Both the position numbers and the translations under genes were made by a program. DNA of 64,000 nucleotides from positions 14,454 through 78,453 of the IMG/VR virus record IMGVR_UViG_3300013102_000007. One strand, written 5' to 3'. Positions 19,001 through 29,238 of the stretch are shown one piece after another. The notes under the pieces were generated by a model that was given only the letters and a program-made list of their open reading frames with translations, was not told where the DNA came from and did no database searches. Origin of the DNA: a virus. Numbering within the stretch: the stretch's first letter is position 1; each line of letters opens with the position of its first letter.

Positions 19001-22000
19001 TTCTCTTTTAGTAAAATCCACATTGCCATTTTCATCAATAACAGTCAAATCAATATCTTCAACCATATCTTTTAAAACCTTGGCTGTTTCTCTATAGGCA
19101 TCAACCAATTTAGGTTTAGCATCTTCTAAGGTTTTTGTTAATTTTTCTAAAAGCGCATCAGGATCGCCTGAGTAGAGATTATCTATTACAGAAGTATCTA
19201 CACCCATTTCATCTAATCTCTCTTTTACAGCCTCTATTCTTGCTTCTTTATACTCTTTGGTTAATTTTTCAGCATCAGAAAGTATTTTTTGTGCATTTTT
19301 ATATGCATCACTTACTTTAGCCAAATCACTACCATTTCTAAGTTCAAGTGTTGGACTTTCTAAAAGTTTAGCTATTTCTGAAGTAGATTTAACTAAATCA
19401 TCTATGTTGTTTATATATTTTGGATTAATCGAAATAATTTCCCTTAATTTAGTTTTTAAATCAGCCGGAATATTTTTATTTAAAAGAGATTTAATTTTTC
19501 TTTTATTTTTACTAACCTCATCTAATTTATCTAAATATCTAGCATCACCTACTACTTTAAGTAGTTTTTTACCAAAATTTTGTAATGTAGCTAAAGTATT
19601 GGCTTTAGATAACTCAGTTACTAATCTTTGGTGAGTACTATTGCTAATTTTATCTTTACCGTTAGATGTTAAAAGATTATTAAGTATTTTACCCAATTCT
19701 TTGTTTGCTGTTTTAACACTTTCTCTTGTATCTTTAACACCTTTTTTTATACCTTCTCCAATACCACTAGACAATGTTTTTAAATGTTGCACTAAAGCAT
19801 CACGATTAGATATTGTGGTTGTACCTGTTATTTTACCCTCTGTTTTTGCTTTAACAACTTCTTTAATAGGAGCTTGTGTTGAAGTTTTTTGGGCTTCTAC
19901 ACTGGCTTCAACTCCCCCTTTTACAGCTCTATTAAATGCTTCTTCTGTAAATTTGTTTTTAACTCCTATAAAATCTTGAAAATCTTTAACGGTTTTAATA
20001 GTACCACCATCATAAACTTTTTTAGCATAATCTACTAAAGGTTTAATATCAGTTTCAGCATTAGCTTTTTTAGCTAAATCTTGCATGTTAACTAAAATTT
20101 CTCCCTGTCTTTCTTTAGCACGTACGAAATCTGGATTAGTCGCTTCATATTCTTTAGCAGAATCTACAGCTTTATAATAAATATCATCTATTTCTTTAGA
20201 ATGTTTTAAACCTAAAGCTGTAGATAAAGCTTTGGCAGATTTAATTGTACCATCAGCTATACTTAAAACAGCATATTCTAATAAAGCTTTTACACTCTCA
20301 GGGTTGAAGCCTGATGTAGCAGTTCTTCTGGATTCTTTTATACCAGCTAACAATCTTTGTTTAACAACTTCTTTGTAGTCAGTAATACCTTGTTCTCCAC
20401 CTTTAAAAGCTTCTAAAATATTTTTAGGCGCAACAACTGGTGCCCCTGATTGTTCAGCAACTATTTTGTTTAATTCATATTGATCTTGTTGTATGTTTGC
20501 TTCAGCTTCTTGTTTTTGAACTTCTAACTCAGATTTAGCAACAGGATCATTAGAAATTTTAGCAGTTTGTTCAGTTTGCTCTATAACTTGTTCTGATTCT
20601 TTAATACGATCAGCAATTTCTGTTTTTTGTACTTCCGTAGGGTTATATAAGCGATAAACTTGTTCAACCTTTGCTTCTAGTTGAGATTTAACTTCATTAG
20701 GTAAATCAGAACTACGTATGCCCTCAATAAATTTACTAGGGTCTTTTGATATATTGGCAGTTAATTCTTTAATATCAGCTGCATTTTGCAATGCAACTTG
20801 ACTTAAGTGTTGTTGATTTTTAGTAGCCTCATCTTTTGCATCAATAGCTTTAACACCAAGCTCTACAGATTCAGCTCGTAAGTCATCTGCTGATTTGTTT
20901 AATTTGAAAATAGCATCAATCTGATCGGGAGTAGCTTTGATAAAGTTTGCAATTTTATTTTGTTTATTTCTTTCTGCTATATCTTTTGAGACCTTAGCAT
21001 CTAATGCAATTTTATTACCAATTGCTTTACCAACAGCCGGAGCCTCGAAAGCAAACCCTGTACCAAATTGTACAGCAGCATCCCTCCAATTTATAGGTTG
21101 GCCATTTAACAAATTATCACCAACTGAAGTAGCCCCAAAAGTTGATCCTACACCAATAGCTTGAAATAATTTTTGAGTTACTTCTCCACCTTTTAAATAA
21201 CCTTTTTCAAATAATTTTTGAGTTACGCCTTTACCAAGCATCATTTGAGCTTCTATTGTGTAACCTTCTACAGCACCTTTAAGTCCTTCTTTACCAGCAG
21301 CAACCAAAGATTCGCCTGTTGTAGCTCCTTCATTTCTTGAAGTACCATAACCTGACAATGCTTTAGAAGCAGTTAAGAATTTAACTAAACTTGAAAAATA
21401 TTGAGGTGTCGCTGCTGCTATACTTTCTCCACCAGTGGCTGTTGTAGCCATAATTAAAGGAACAGCTGATACAACACCATGACCTACATCTAATAATCCT
21501 CTACCTAAATCTGAAGATACTGTACCATCACCCAATGAATTTGCGCGTACTGTTAATGATCTTTCTCCATCACGTCTAGCATTTTCTGCAAGATTATCAA
21601 ACAAACCACCTTTTTGAGAAGTATATTTTTTACCAGTTACACCAGTATAAATATCTCCTATTACATCATCAACAAAAGTTGTAGCACCAGCTAAAGGCTC
21701 ATAAATAAATTTACCAAAACCTTCTGACAAAGTTGATATACCAGCAGCATCAGCAAATTTAGTTAAACTATCACGACCTGCATCACCCTCTGAAATTTGT
21801 GCTTCATTAGCTAAATGTTCATTGAGAGTTGGTAACTTCACATTAGGATTGGCAGCTTGATAAGTTGCTAAGGCATTTTGTAATTGATTTTCTGATAAAC
21901 TATATTTATTTGGATTACTGAAAACAGGTAACTTAACATCAGGATTCGCAGAACTGTAAACACTAGATGCGTTTTGTAATTGTTCTTGAGATAATTGAAA

Positions 22001-22372
22001 TTTTTCAGGTTTTTTCGCAGTAATCTGCACTTCATCTAACTGAGTAGCCGGAATGGTTTGTTCAATAAAATCAGGTGTAGGAAATCCAAAAGGATTATTA
22101 TTAACACCTTGTTCAGGAAGTTTACCTTCAGGATATTGACTTAAGTCTACTTTTGGCTCTTCAGTTTTAGTAAATTCAGGAAATTTAGCATTTACCTCAG
22201 AAAGGTTTTTATACTTACCACTATTCGCTGTAGCTACGTAATCACGTAAAAGTTCCTTATCATAAGAATGAAGTTCAGGAAACTTACCATAAACTTCATC
22301 CAAATTTTTATACTTACCACTATTCGCTGTAGCTACGTAATCTCTTAATAATTGTTCTAATTTTTCGTCCAT
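16034..22372 (-). CDS. giant 2112-aa virion protein (internal/ejection-protein candidate)
   Basis: Uninterrupted 6.3-kb ORF. N-terminal 33-aa tandem repeat and a second diverged repeat. Long helical, charged central region. Lies between the internal-protein-like genes and the tail fibres. Confidence 0.7.
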   Translation of the reverse strand: MDEKLEQLLRDYVATANSGKYKNLDEVYGKFPELHSYDKELLRDYVATANSGKYKNLSEVNAKFPEFTKTEEPKVDLSQYPEGKLPEQGVNNNPFGFPTPDFIEQTIPATQLDEVQITAKKPEKFQLSQEQLQNASSVYSSANPDVKLPVFSNPNKYSLSENQLQNALATYQAANPNVKLPTLNEHLANEAQISEGDAGRDSLTKFADAAGISTLSEGFGKFIYEPLAGATTFVDDVIGDIYTGVTGKKYTSQKGGLFDNLAENARRDGERSLTVRANSLGDGTVSSDLGRGLLDVGHGVVSAVPLIMATTATGGESIAAATPQYFSSLVKFLTASKALSGYGTSRNEGATTGESLVAAGKEGLKGAVEGYTIEAQMMLGKGVTQKLFEKGYLKGGEVTQKLFQAIGVGSTFGATSVGDNLLNGQPINWRDAAVQFGTGFAFEAPAVGKAIGNKIALDAKVSKDIAERNKQNKIANFIKATPDQIDAIFKLNKSADDLRAESVELGVKAIDAKDEATKNQQHLSQVALQNAADIKELTANISKDPSKFIEGIRSSDLPNEVKSQLEAKVEQVYRLYNPTEVQKTEIADRIKESEQVIEQTEQTAKISNDPVAKSELEVQKQEAEANIQQDQYELNKIVAEQSGAPVVAPKNILEAFKGGEQGITDYKEVVKQRLLAGIKESRRTATSGFNPESVKALLEYAVLSIADGTIKSAKALSTALGLKHSKEIDDIYYKAVDSAKEYEATNPDFVRAKERQGEILVNMQDLAKKANAETDIKPLVDYAKKVYDGGTIKTVKDFQDFIGVKNKFTEEAFNRAVKGGVEASVEAQKTSTQAPIKEVVKAKTEGKITGTTTISNRDALVQHLKTLSSGIGEGIKKGVKDTRESVKTANKELGKILNNLLTSNGKDKISNSTHQRLVTELSKANTLATLQNFGKKLLKVVGDARYLDKLDEVSKNKRKIKSLLNKNIPADLKTKLREIISINPKYINNIDDLVKSTSEIAKLLESPTLELRNGSDLAKVSDAYKNAQKILSDAEKLTKEYKEARIEAVKERLDEMGVDTSVIDNLYSGDPDALLEKLTKTLEDAKPKLVDAYRETAKVLKDMVEDIDLTVIDENGNVDFTKREIDFINDKVKNIDIDGVKDSNLPSLVAGLTNLVNYGSVTGLGDIVAKNEVYKKSLDENLIGTIQKAILVPKVWLQKQFDEFGSGSQRKDLRLKNQMKIPEIENVTGLSDLVFNTNNKHYKFVDGVRQKLVSLNKKYSKDFKNVVKNIQLGIYADVVQYRNSWTPEQITAEYGNRLAAWQNTLERLKLRAEQNSSFKAENENYIKNLEKALEPIIGNVERNDKGVVVSVEPKISSRDLFGLFDQGHKEFYKLSRESHDSIKDDFFFNARVNSNIDIEADWQNYTTRKYDFLGGNTNQLEALSGQAAGIDPYGSQSFSSINTAKSGSGKTRQLKGNQLPSESVLNGNFMDNFLPNLSIMSYDAFTGSDRVYIKNALDLKSSPVVEKFSDTGLFETYSALAEQKVFETVAAMQYGKSNPETLKRTWRTAAKLGIAQTLGGLFAAPKQFVEVVNIGLKTNTAFVQALSHLAGNTKDAVALIDQSNVKWRDAIYSELPQGNIKQRQFDGTNSRTLLRSLGEGVEKTIDRGTELSLKPLASVDKLTAKIGWLSFYIDYQKKNNEAGVDLSPTNVDRKAMDYANHMTSVTLNESDATMKSKFSKNSLVKTYLLFSSFAINSKMELISNTNRALSSQDGVSKGHALRNMMGNLAGIYAFNKVSQGLKYASIVGSGAAIQGVISSMVDDENKKKKLNQTVTKETDVALTKAEVSGTQNLLRDFLYGGIGGASLELIFNPVIDLTTEAIYTDKEAKDAELGRTMTPNALKVGLLPLGSAGLPIIRGVDAFKAFSAATQTDKDFILKRYGVLNAELNDIVVDEQRLTEEGKAQYGVPKYDRFINYASALSASVSMFGATTQEVGNMRRIATRITKELVKQDRGGEKTKDLDKAIRDAGIVDKITTLKQDYDLNPEQQVTYFQQRDKSLNEIKSKYPFEKYKNRLTKEEYEKVIRNVADKMAEQLTLQSMGEEGEALKETAVEALKAKANERKTRVDYQNK
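22206..22342 (-). repeat. 99-bp-period tandem duplication inside the giant gene
   Basis: An identical 38-mer TTTTTATACTTACCACTATTCGCTGTAGCTACGTAATC occurs at 22206..22243 and 22305..22342. It encodes LLRDYVATANSGKYKNL twice. Confidence 0.9.
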
Positions 22373-22373
22373 C

Positions 22374-23831
22374 TTATCTTACATTACCACCTTTAGCTAT
22401 TCCAACTTTTATTTTTGTTGTAGGTGTTGTGGTTTTTGTTGTAGGTTGTTTTGTACCTCTAGCTGCCTCTTGTCTATCGTACTCTTGTTCGTATACACTA
22501 TAAGCACCTCTGGCAGCTTTAGTTAATTTAACTCTTGGTATTACCTCTTTAGGGTCGGCAAAATAAGTTGTTTTAATATCACCTAAACCACCAATACCTT
22601 TATCAGTTTTTACTATAATAGCTTTCTTTTGATAATTAATTTTATCAGGATTTTTTTCAGCATAATCTTTTGTGACAATACTACCAGCTTTTAAAGTTTT
22701 GCTAGAAATGACTTTACCACCTTTACGTTGTGTTTCGGTAGCAGATGATTTAAGAACCGGAACTGTAGCAATTCTGGCCACTTTAAATTCATCAGTTGTA
22801 TTATTGTTAGCGACAGTATTACCATCAGCATCTTGCATTTTGAATTTACCAGCACTTAAAGTAGTACCAATTGGTAAAGCAAACGATTCTCTTGCAGTTA
22901 TTGTACCAGTTTTCTTAGAACTATTCGATCCATAATTAATATCGTAATTTGTATCAATTACAGTACCTGTAGTACTTCCATCACCTCCACCACTTTTACT
23001 ACCTTTACTTACACTTAAAGGACTTAAATCAGTACGTTGTTTTAATTTACTGGCTTTATCGTATTCATCAACTACATTAAGTATGTATTGGTCTTTAGTC
23101 ATACCTAGCTGAGAAGCTACTGTATCTAAAGTATTTTTAAACTTAATATCACCGTTATACTGTCTGTATAAATCTGTAGCAAATTGATCTTTAGGAACTT
23201 GTTGTAGTTGATATTGATCAGTAAGTATAGAATTACCTTCTTCGTATTTTCTACCAGCTATTCTACGTTTGTCAGCATTTAACAAAAGATTTTTTGCACT
23301 TAAGTCAATTGCTTTGTCCAAATAACTTGTATCTCGTGAAGTATATAAATCTCTTGAAAAAGCATTAGCTGGCAATTTGCTTGTAGGTAAATCGCTGTAT
23401 TGTTTTATTTTGGTTAAAGCATCTGAAGAAACTAGTCCCATATTATTAGGATTACCTACCCAATCAGTAAGTTTAACTTGTTGAACACCTCTATCTTTAG
23501 AGATATTAACAAATTGCTCCATATCTTCAATCTTTTTTTCTAAATCCATTCTTAGAGAAAGTCTGGTTCCTCTATCGGTTGCTTTATTAGCTTTGTAATA
23601 TGTATCATATACATCATTAAGCTTTTCATTTACTTCAGGTATATCTACTTTTTGTACACCATTAGTATTTACCTTTTTAACTATATCAGTTAATTCTTTT
23701 TGTTCAGCAGCTAATCTGGCCGCCTCATCTTGTTGTTGTTTAGCGATACGAGCCGCATTACGGGCAAATGCATTGTTTATGCCACTATAATTTAGTATCG
23801 TATCGTTTCCACCTTGGTAATCTACAGCCAT
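22374..23831 (-). CDS. virion protein (internal-protein candidate)
   Basis: 485-aa ORF, 1 nt from the giant gene. Function is suggested by position only. Confidence 0.55.
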   Translation of the reverse strand: MAVDYQGGNDTILNYSGINNAFARNAARIAKQQQDEAARLAAEQKELTDIVKKVNTNGVQKVDIPEVNEKLNDVYDTYYKANKATDRGTRLSLRMDLEKKIEDMEQFVNISKDRGVQQVKLTDWVGNPNNMGLVSSDALTKIKQYSDLPTSKLPANAFSRDLYTSRDTSYLDKAIDLSAKNLLLNADKRRIAGRKYEEGNSILTDQYQLQQVPKDQFATDLYRQYNGDIKFKNTLDTVASQLGMTKDQYILNVVDEYDKASKLKQRTDLSPLSVSKGSKSGGGDGSTTGTVIDTNYDINYGSNSSKKTGTITARESFALPIGTTLSAGKFKMQDADGNTVANNNTTDEFKVARIATVPVLKSSATETQRKGGKVISSKTLKAGSIVTKDYAEKNPDKINYQKKAIIVKTDKGIGGLGDIKTTYFADPKEVIPRVKLTKAARGAYSVYEQEYDRQEAARGTKQPTTKTTTPTTKIKVGIAKGGNVR

Positions 23832-23869
23832 TTTATAATTTTTTACTAAGTTACTAAAATATTTTTATA

Positions 23870-24505
23870 TTAGGAAACTACTCCATTAAACCCATAATTA
23901 GGAGTTCCATAAGCACCCATAGCACCAAAGAAACCTCCATTACCTGTTTGTCCACCTTTACTACCATCAAATGCACCTCCTATAGCCATTTGAGTGGCAG
24001 AACTTAAACCACCAAAAATATTTTGATTACCAGCATTTCTTAAACTGGCTACTTGTTGTGCTGTCCTTAAATAGGGTTGAGCAAAATTCCAGTTCCAAAC
24101 TCTTTGTTCTTCATTAGCAAGCACACCATTCTGTTGTATGGCGAACTTTTGATTTCCTAAACGTGCAGCTTGATCTTGAGCATTCAAATTTTGTGAAGCT
24201 AAATCTGATTGTCTTAAAATACCAGCTAAAGGTATATTTTTACCAGACCTAGAAGCAACATTTAAAACGTTCGCTAAATTTTGATCTTGTTGAGTTCTAG
24301 CGTTATTATATTGTTGGGATGCTATACCTACATTAGCCATATTATTGGCAATAGCCGCATTTTTTGCAATATTAGCATTTACCGTAGCAAATGGTAGCTT
24401 ATTTTTCTTTTCTAAGTTACGAGCTTGTATTTTCTGTACTGCTCCAAATCCAACTCCTAAAGCTGCACTTCCTAACCCAAAAATTGATCCTATACCTAAA
24501 GCCAT
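23870..24505 (-). CDS. Gly/Asn/Gln-rich protein with hydrophobic N-terminus (internal-protein candidate)
   Basis: 211 aa. N-terminus MALGIGSIFGLGSAALGVGFGAV, with the rest of low complexity. Confidence 0.55.
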   Translation of the reverse strand: MALGIGSIFGLGSAALGVGFGAVQKIQARNLEKKNKLPFATVNANIAKNAAIANNMANVGIASQQYNNARTQQDQNLANVLNVASRSGKNIPLAGILRQSDLASQNLNAQDQAARLGNQKFAIQQNGVLANEEQRVWNWNFAQPYLRTAQQVASLRNAGNQNIFGGLSSATQMAIGGAFDGSKGGQTGNGGFFGAMGAYGTPNYGFNGVVS

Positions 24506-24558
24506 TATTTTAATATTTTATTGTTTACAAATTTATCGTTTTTTATGCACCTTATTTG

Positions 24559-25431
24559 TTACTCATTAGGTGTTGAGAGCTGTGATTTAGAGACTATTTT
24601 AAATAATTGTAATTTCTTACTACCATCTACTGTAATAAATTCCATAACTATAAATCTACCTTTTAATCGATCACCATTTATAATATCTGTTAATTTATCT
24701 CTCAAAAAATTAGCATAGTATATATTTTCTTTTTCAATAAAATCTTGCTCTATTAAATCGGATACATGGCCTAGTTCAGTTTCAATACCATTAAGCACTG
24801 TTACAATCATACCATCAGAGTGTATAGCAATAGACTGGTAAGTTTTAACACCTACAGAACTAATTGGAAATTTAATTTTAGTTTGAAATTGATTACCATA
24901 AAAAGAATTTCTAACATTACCTTCTTTGTGAACGAATAATTGTCCATCTTTACAAGTAAACATATCAGTAAACATACTAAAACCTTTTTCCGGTCTGTAG
25001 CTTCTAAAAGAAACCCACCTATTAGAGTTTTCTGACCAAGTTATAGTATTTTTACTATCATTAGTTTCTTGCTCAATTTCTTTTTGAACTGTTAAAAATC
25101 TTACCTCTAAGTAACCACTTCCCCAAAATGAGATTTTCTTACCAGATGTTGATGCATTTAAAGTTAAAGTAACATCTTGTGGTGTTGTGTAGTTATAAAG
25201 TGGTGTATCAAAACCTACAGCCAAATTTGGACTTTCACTCGCTGCCAATATTTTAAAGCTAATTTTATAGTCAACATTTGGTTCTATGTTAAAAGTTACT
25301 AATTTTAAAAGATCATTAGTATTACACGCATAATGTATAGCCTTATCACCTAAAAGCTCCCAGCCCCTGTCATTAACAAGGTCTTGGAAGTTTAAAATTA
25401 TAGGTGTATTTTGAATTGTTTCAAATTTCAT
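24559..25431 (-). CDS. hypothetical structural protein
   Basis: 290-aa ORF in the structural block. Confidence 0.55.
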   Translation of the reverse strand: MKFETIQNTPIILNFQDLVNDRGWELLGDKAIHYACNTNDLLKLVTFNIEPNVDYKISFKILAASESPNLAVGFDTPLYNYTTPQDVTLTLNASTSGKKISFWGSGYLEVRFLTVQKEIEQETNDSKNTITWSENSNRWVSFRSYRPEKGFSMFTDMFTCKDGQLFVHKEGNVRNSFYGNQFQTKIKFPISSVGVKTYQSIAIHSDGMIVTVLNGIETELGHVSDLIEQDFIEKENIYYANFLRDKLTDIINGDRLKGRFIVMEFITVDGSKKLQLFKIVSKSQLSTPNE

Positions 25432-25443
25432 TTTATCTTTATT

Positions 25444-28400
25444 TTAAAGACCATCATCAGGACAACCTAAAGTATAATTCCAAGCTGTTCCAGACATAGG
25501 TGCGTAAACTCTAACTATTGCTACAGTAGGGTTAGCAGTTGTTTTTGTGAAAGACATAGTACCTGCCCCTACACCTACTATGGTTTCTGACGGTAATCCT
25601 CTAGCTGCCAATGCGGCATCCAGTGCAGCTTGGTTAGACGAGTTACCTCTATATCCTGTATCAATAACTACATCACCATCGTACTCTACAACAAATTTAT
25701 CAGGTATGTCAAGAGCATCAAAAGTTAATGTTACAGTACCAAGACCACTACCTAAAGTTATCATTGTTTCGTTAGGGAAAGATTCTCCACCACTAAAAGC
25801 GTTGTCTACACCACATGCTATAATAGGTATGTCTTCTTCTTTTGTTTCTATATTCCAAGTAGCTGATTTATCACCCATAGTAAGTGTTAAACTAACTGTT
25901 TCATCGTTATCAGGACTAGATAATCTTCTAGTTTTTACTAAAGCATTCGGAGGAACCATTCCTGCAATCGATGTAAAAGCACCACCATTTATGTTGTACT
26001 CTCCACCAACTATACTGATAGGAACTGAAATATTTATACCATTAGAATAAACAGTATTACTTTCTAATAATGTATTAACTTCTTGGTCAAATAAATCAAT
26101 AAAAGAGAATACATCTACAGTAGTATCACCTAAAAGTACAGTACCACAAGCATTTTTAAATTTCACAACTCCATCTATTGTAAAAGTGACTCCCATAGAA
26201 TCAGAACCTACATAATCTGTTGTTGGTGTGTACAATAAATCGCTTCCTAATACGGATAAAACACCATGTGAAGGTTGAACTAAAGTAACATCATCCACAT
26301 CTATGTCGTAATTATCTTTGTACTCCCAAGCACCGTCACTAGTAAAACTAAAAACTACAGGGTGTCCAGATACATCTGTGAAAGTTACATTCCACTCTTT
26401 ATTAAAATTATCAAAATAACTTACTATTTCAGTTGGTTTAGCAGTTTTAAGTTTGTCAACAAAGAATTTTTCGTTTTTAACAGTAATAGCTTTCACACCA
26501 TCATAACCATCCCTACAAGGATAGCCGTTATTTGGATCAATAAAATAAACTGTTCCATTAGTAGAAACTGCTATAGCTCTTTTTGCTAGTCCGGCACCAA
26601 GTTTACTCCCTATATAATTTGCATTATTAAAAAGTTTATTACTAATTGCTACATTAGCCTGTTCATTTTGATCTTCTAAAATGGATGTATAAACTGGTAT
26701 ATGAGCCACATCTAATTCTTGTAATACAATTAAGTATCTACTTCTCATAACCATTTTAGCAATGGCACCATATAAAGAAGTAGTTTCTCCACCAACATCC
26801 CCATATATTCTATTTGCATAAAATCTGTTTATGTTGTTGTTAAGGCTACCAATACTAAATGTATCTGAAAATCTTAAAGATGCTTTTCTTCTTACTTTAC
26901 CTACTTCATCATTGTAAGTCCTACCGCGACCTTTACTCCAAAATGCACTAGCATATTCATCAGAGAAATTAAAATCCTCTACATTAAACGCAAAAACATC
27001 ATTTGAATTAGCAACATTAGACAAGAATTTCCTTGGTCTGATGTAAGAATCAACTTGTTTTATTACTCCTTGAGTAACACTATGTTGTCCATTTACAATA
27101 TCGTATTGTTCTCCTATTTCATAAAATATTTTAGTATCTATATTTTCGTTATTTTTCTTAGGAGTATATAACTCTAGTAAAAGCTCTTTACCATTCAAAT
27201 CACCTGATATGTTCATTAGACTTGACTTTTTGATCTTTAGCAAATACTTGGTTATAGCAATAGATGATACAGTTACTACTTTTATTTCAAAACCCGAAAT
27301 AGCAAAATCCAAAGGTGGTTCATTAAACCATTTTATAGGAGTTGATGATCCACTAAAATTATGTATAAAAGCAACCCTATCCCCTTCTGCAAAGTCGTAA
27401 GAAACAACCCCACTTTCTGAGTTTTTATTAAATCTATCTAGCGAAGCTATATTTATAGCTATAAAATCATCTTTACTTTCATCAGCATCATAGATACCAG
27501 TTAAATAAAGATTTTTTGCATATTTAGTATTTTCTGATATAAGCCATTGATAGCTAACTGCACCTACAGGTGGTTGATGATTAATCTTCCAACCGATTTG
27601 AGGAACCAAACCTTCAGTAATGGCGTAATTAGGTGTAGGTGCTACATATTCAGCACCAGTAGCTATAGGCGCAAGTTTACCTTTTGGATAAATATATTCT
27701 AAAGCCAATTGATAACTTGTACCAGTTTTAATTACATTAATTGATCGACCTTCAACATCGCCACTTCTATTTAATAAAAGAATAGTTGATTTTAACTCAT
27801 CACCGCTAACTGTTACAAAAAACAATGTTACATGATCTGATGAATGTACTTCTCTACGTTTTGTTATACTAAAAAACTGTTCATCGGGTAATCTGTTAAA
27901 TAAATTAAGGGTAAAAGATTCTAAGTTATTGTCATCAGCTGCTACAGCAGTATAGTCTATTACAGATGTAGTATCACTAGAATCTAGTGCACCAATATTT
28001 ATTACTATTCTGTCCCCTGCTTTTGGTGTACCAAAAAAATCTAAAGCTACATATCTTCTATGTGTCCCACTAATTCTTGATTGTGAAGTATCAACTCTAA
28101 AATTTCTTACATCATTTAATACAATTCCGGTGTCCACTTGATATGACGTTACTGAAATGTCAACGTCAGTAACTGGCCTATCGTAACCTTCCTCTAAATC
28201 ACCTAGAACAACTATATCACCATTTACAACTTCTAAAGCACCTGCATTATCAGGAATCGCATCATAAGGTTCGTCAGTGTCTAAATCTGATATAGGATCA
28301 CCAGCACTATTGTTATAAAATATAAATGAATATAAATTGGTAGAAGGATCGTAAGCTTCGTATATTTCATTAGGTATATCAATTGCTGTAGATAAGCTAA

Positions 28401-29235
28401 GGATATGTTCTCTTGTCACAATTTTAAATTCATACCAAGAGTATTCAGAGGCTCTCATTGCAAGATGCAATTTCTGAACTCTGTCATCACCAATATTAAC
28501 TTTTAAAAGTATACCATTTATTTTAGTTGGATCGTTACCAATTGTATCAGTTAATTCCAACTCAGGTACAGGTCTTTTAGATATAGTACTCCAAGCAGAT
28601 TTTTGATTATCATAAAATTCAAACTGTGATCTAAATTGAAAAAGTTTACCTTTAATTAAATTAGACTTAGTATTAGGATCATCAATATATTCCGCTAATA
28701 TTGGTTTTAAGTTTTGTGTCTTTAATAGATTGAAGTCATCTTGCGTAATCACTGCACCGTACCCACCATTTTTCAATCTTTCTATGTTGATACAATAGAT
28801 TAGTCCACTTACACCATCAGTCATCAAAAGATAGGTATCGTGTAAAAGTTTTACATCATTAAAATAATTGGCCGGAGTTATCTTAAAAACCGGAACACCA
28901 CCAGTGTCAGTCAAGTCTTCGAATATAACTTGTTCCACTAATGTGTTATAATCTAACTCAGTTATCTGATGCCTACCTTGAGAGTTGAATTTAATGTTAT
29001 ACGCTTTTTTTATATTCTTAAATTCGCCTGTGCCTATAACGGTATTTATTCCTGAAGGTAACTGTCCATTTGGTGTTAAAAGTGTTGTACTCTCAATATT
29101 GGTTCCGTAGCCAGCTTCTTGCTCTGAAGTGCCACCTGTACGATAATTAGTTGCGCTAATATAATCGTTAGGAGCTAAATACTCAGGAGCATCATCTGTG
29201 TTAAGTCCACCATTTAATAATTTTGTCTCTTGCAT
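25444..29235 (-). CDS. large tail protein (tubular/nozzle or fibre-like)
   Basis: 1263-aa beta-rich ORF downstream of the connector-sized genes. Function is suggested by position and size only. Confidence 0.55.
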   Translation of the reverse strand: MQETKLLNGGLNTDDAPEYLAPNDYISATNYRTGGTSEQEAGYGTNIESTTLLTPNGQLPSGINTVIGTGEFKNIKKAYNIKFNSQGRHQITELDYNTLVEQVIFEDLTDTGGVPVFKITPANYFNDVKLLHDTYLLMTDGVSGLIYCINIERLKNGGYGAVITQDDFNLLKTQNLKPILAEYIDDPNTKSNLIKGKLFQFRSQFEFYDNQKSAWSTISKRPVPELELTDTIGNDPTKINGILLKVNIGDDRVQKLHLAMRASEYSWYEFKIVTREHILSLSTAIDIPNEIYEAYDPSTNLYSFIFYNNSAGDPISDLDTDEPYDAIPDNAGALEVVNGDIVVLGDLEEGYDRPVTDVDISVTSYQVDTGIVLNDVRNFRVDTSQSRISGTHRRYVALDFFGTPKAGDRIVINIGALDSSDTTSVIDYTAVAADDNNLESFTLNLFNRLPDEQFFSITKRREVHSSDHVTLFFVTVSGDELKSTILLLNRSGDVEGRSINVIKTGTSYQLALEYIYPKGKLAPIATGAEYVAPTPNYAITEGLVPQIGWKINHQPPVGAVSYQWLISENTKYAKNLYLTGIYDADESKDDFIAINIASLDRFNKNSESGVVSYDFAEGDRVAFIHNFSGSSTPIKWFNEPPLDFAISGFEIKVVTVSSIAITKYLLKIKKSSLMNISGDLNGKELLLELYTPKKNNENIDTKIFYEIGEQYDIVNGQHSVTQGVIKQVDSYIRPRKFLSNVANSNDVFAFNVEDFNFSDEYASAFWSKGRGRTYNDEVGKVRRKASLRFSDTFSIGSLNNNINRFYANRIYGDVGGETTSLYGAIAKMVMRSRYLIVLQELDVAHIPVYTSILEDQNEQANVAISNKLFNNANYIGSKLGAGLAKRAIAVSTNGTVYFIDPNNGYPCRDGYDGVKAITVKNEKFFVDKLKTAKPTEIVSYFDNFNKEWNVTFTDVSGHPVVFSFTSDGAWEYKDNYDIDVDDVTLVQPSHGVLSVLGSDLLYTPTTDYVGSDSMGVTFTIDGVVKFKNACGTVLLGDTTVDVFSFIDLFDQEVNTLLESNTVYSNGINISVPISIVGGEYNINGGAFTSIAGMVPPNALVKTRRLSSPDNDETVSLTLTMGDKSATWNIETKEEDIPIIACGVDNAFSGGESFPNETMITLGSGLGTVTLTFDALDIPDKFVVEYDGDVVIDTGYRGNSSNQAALDAALAARGLPSETIVGVGAGTMSFTKTTANPTVAIVRVYAPMSGTAWNYTLGCPDDGL

Positions 29236-29238
29236 TTG

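Noticed and set aside
19135-21164. Several plus-strand ORFs (19135..19320, 19257..19634, 19641..19979, 20937..21164) inside the giant gene
   Set aside because: They are antisense shadows of a 6.3-kb uninterrupted minus-strand ORF. Their Leu/Ser/Phe-rich composition is typical of the reverse frame of a Lys/Glu-rich gene.
22374-29235. Assigning specific T7 gp11/gp12/gp14/gp15 names to the 238, 1263, 211 and 485-aa proteins
   Set aside because: The order and sizes are only loosely podovirus-like, and I recognise no family-specific motifs. The calls are therefore kept generic.
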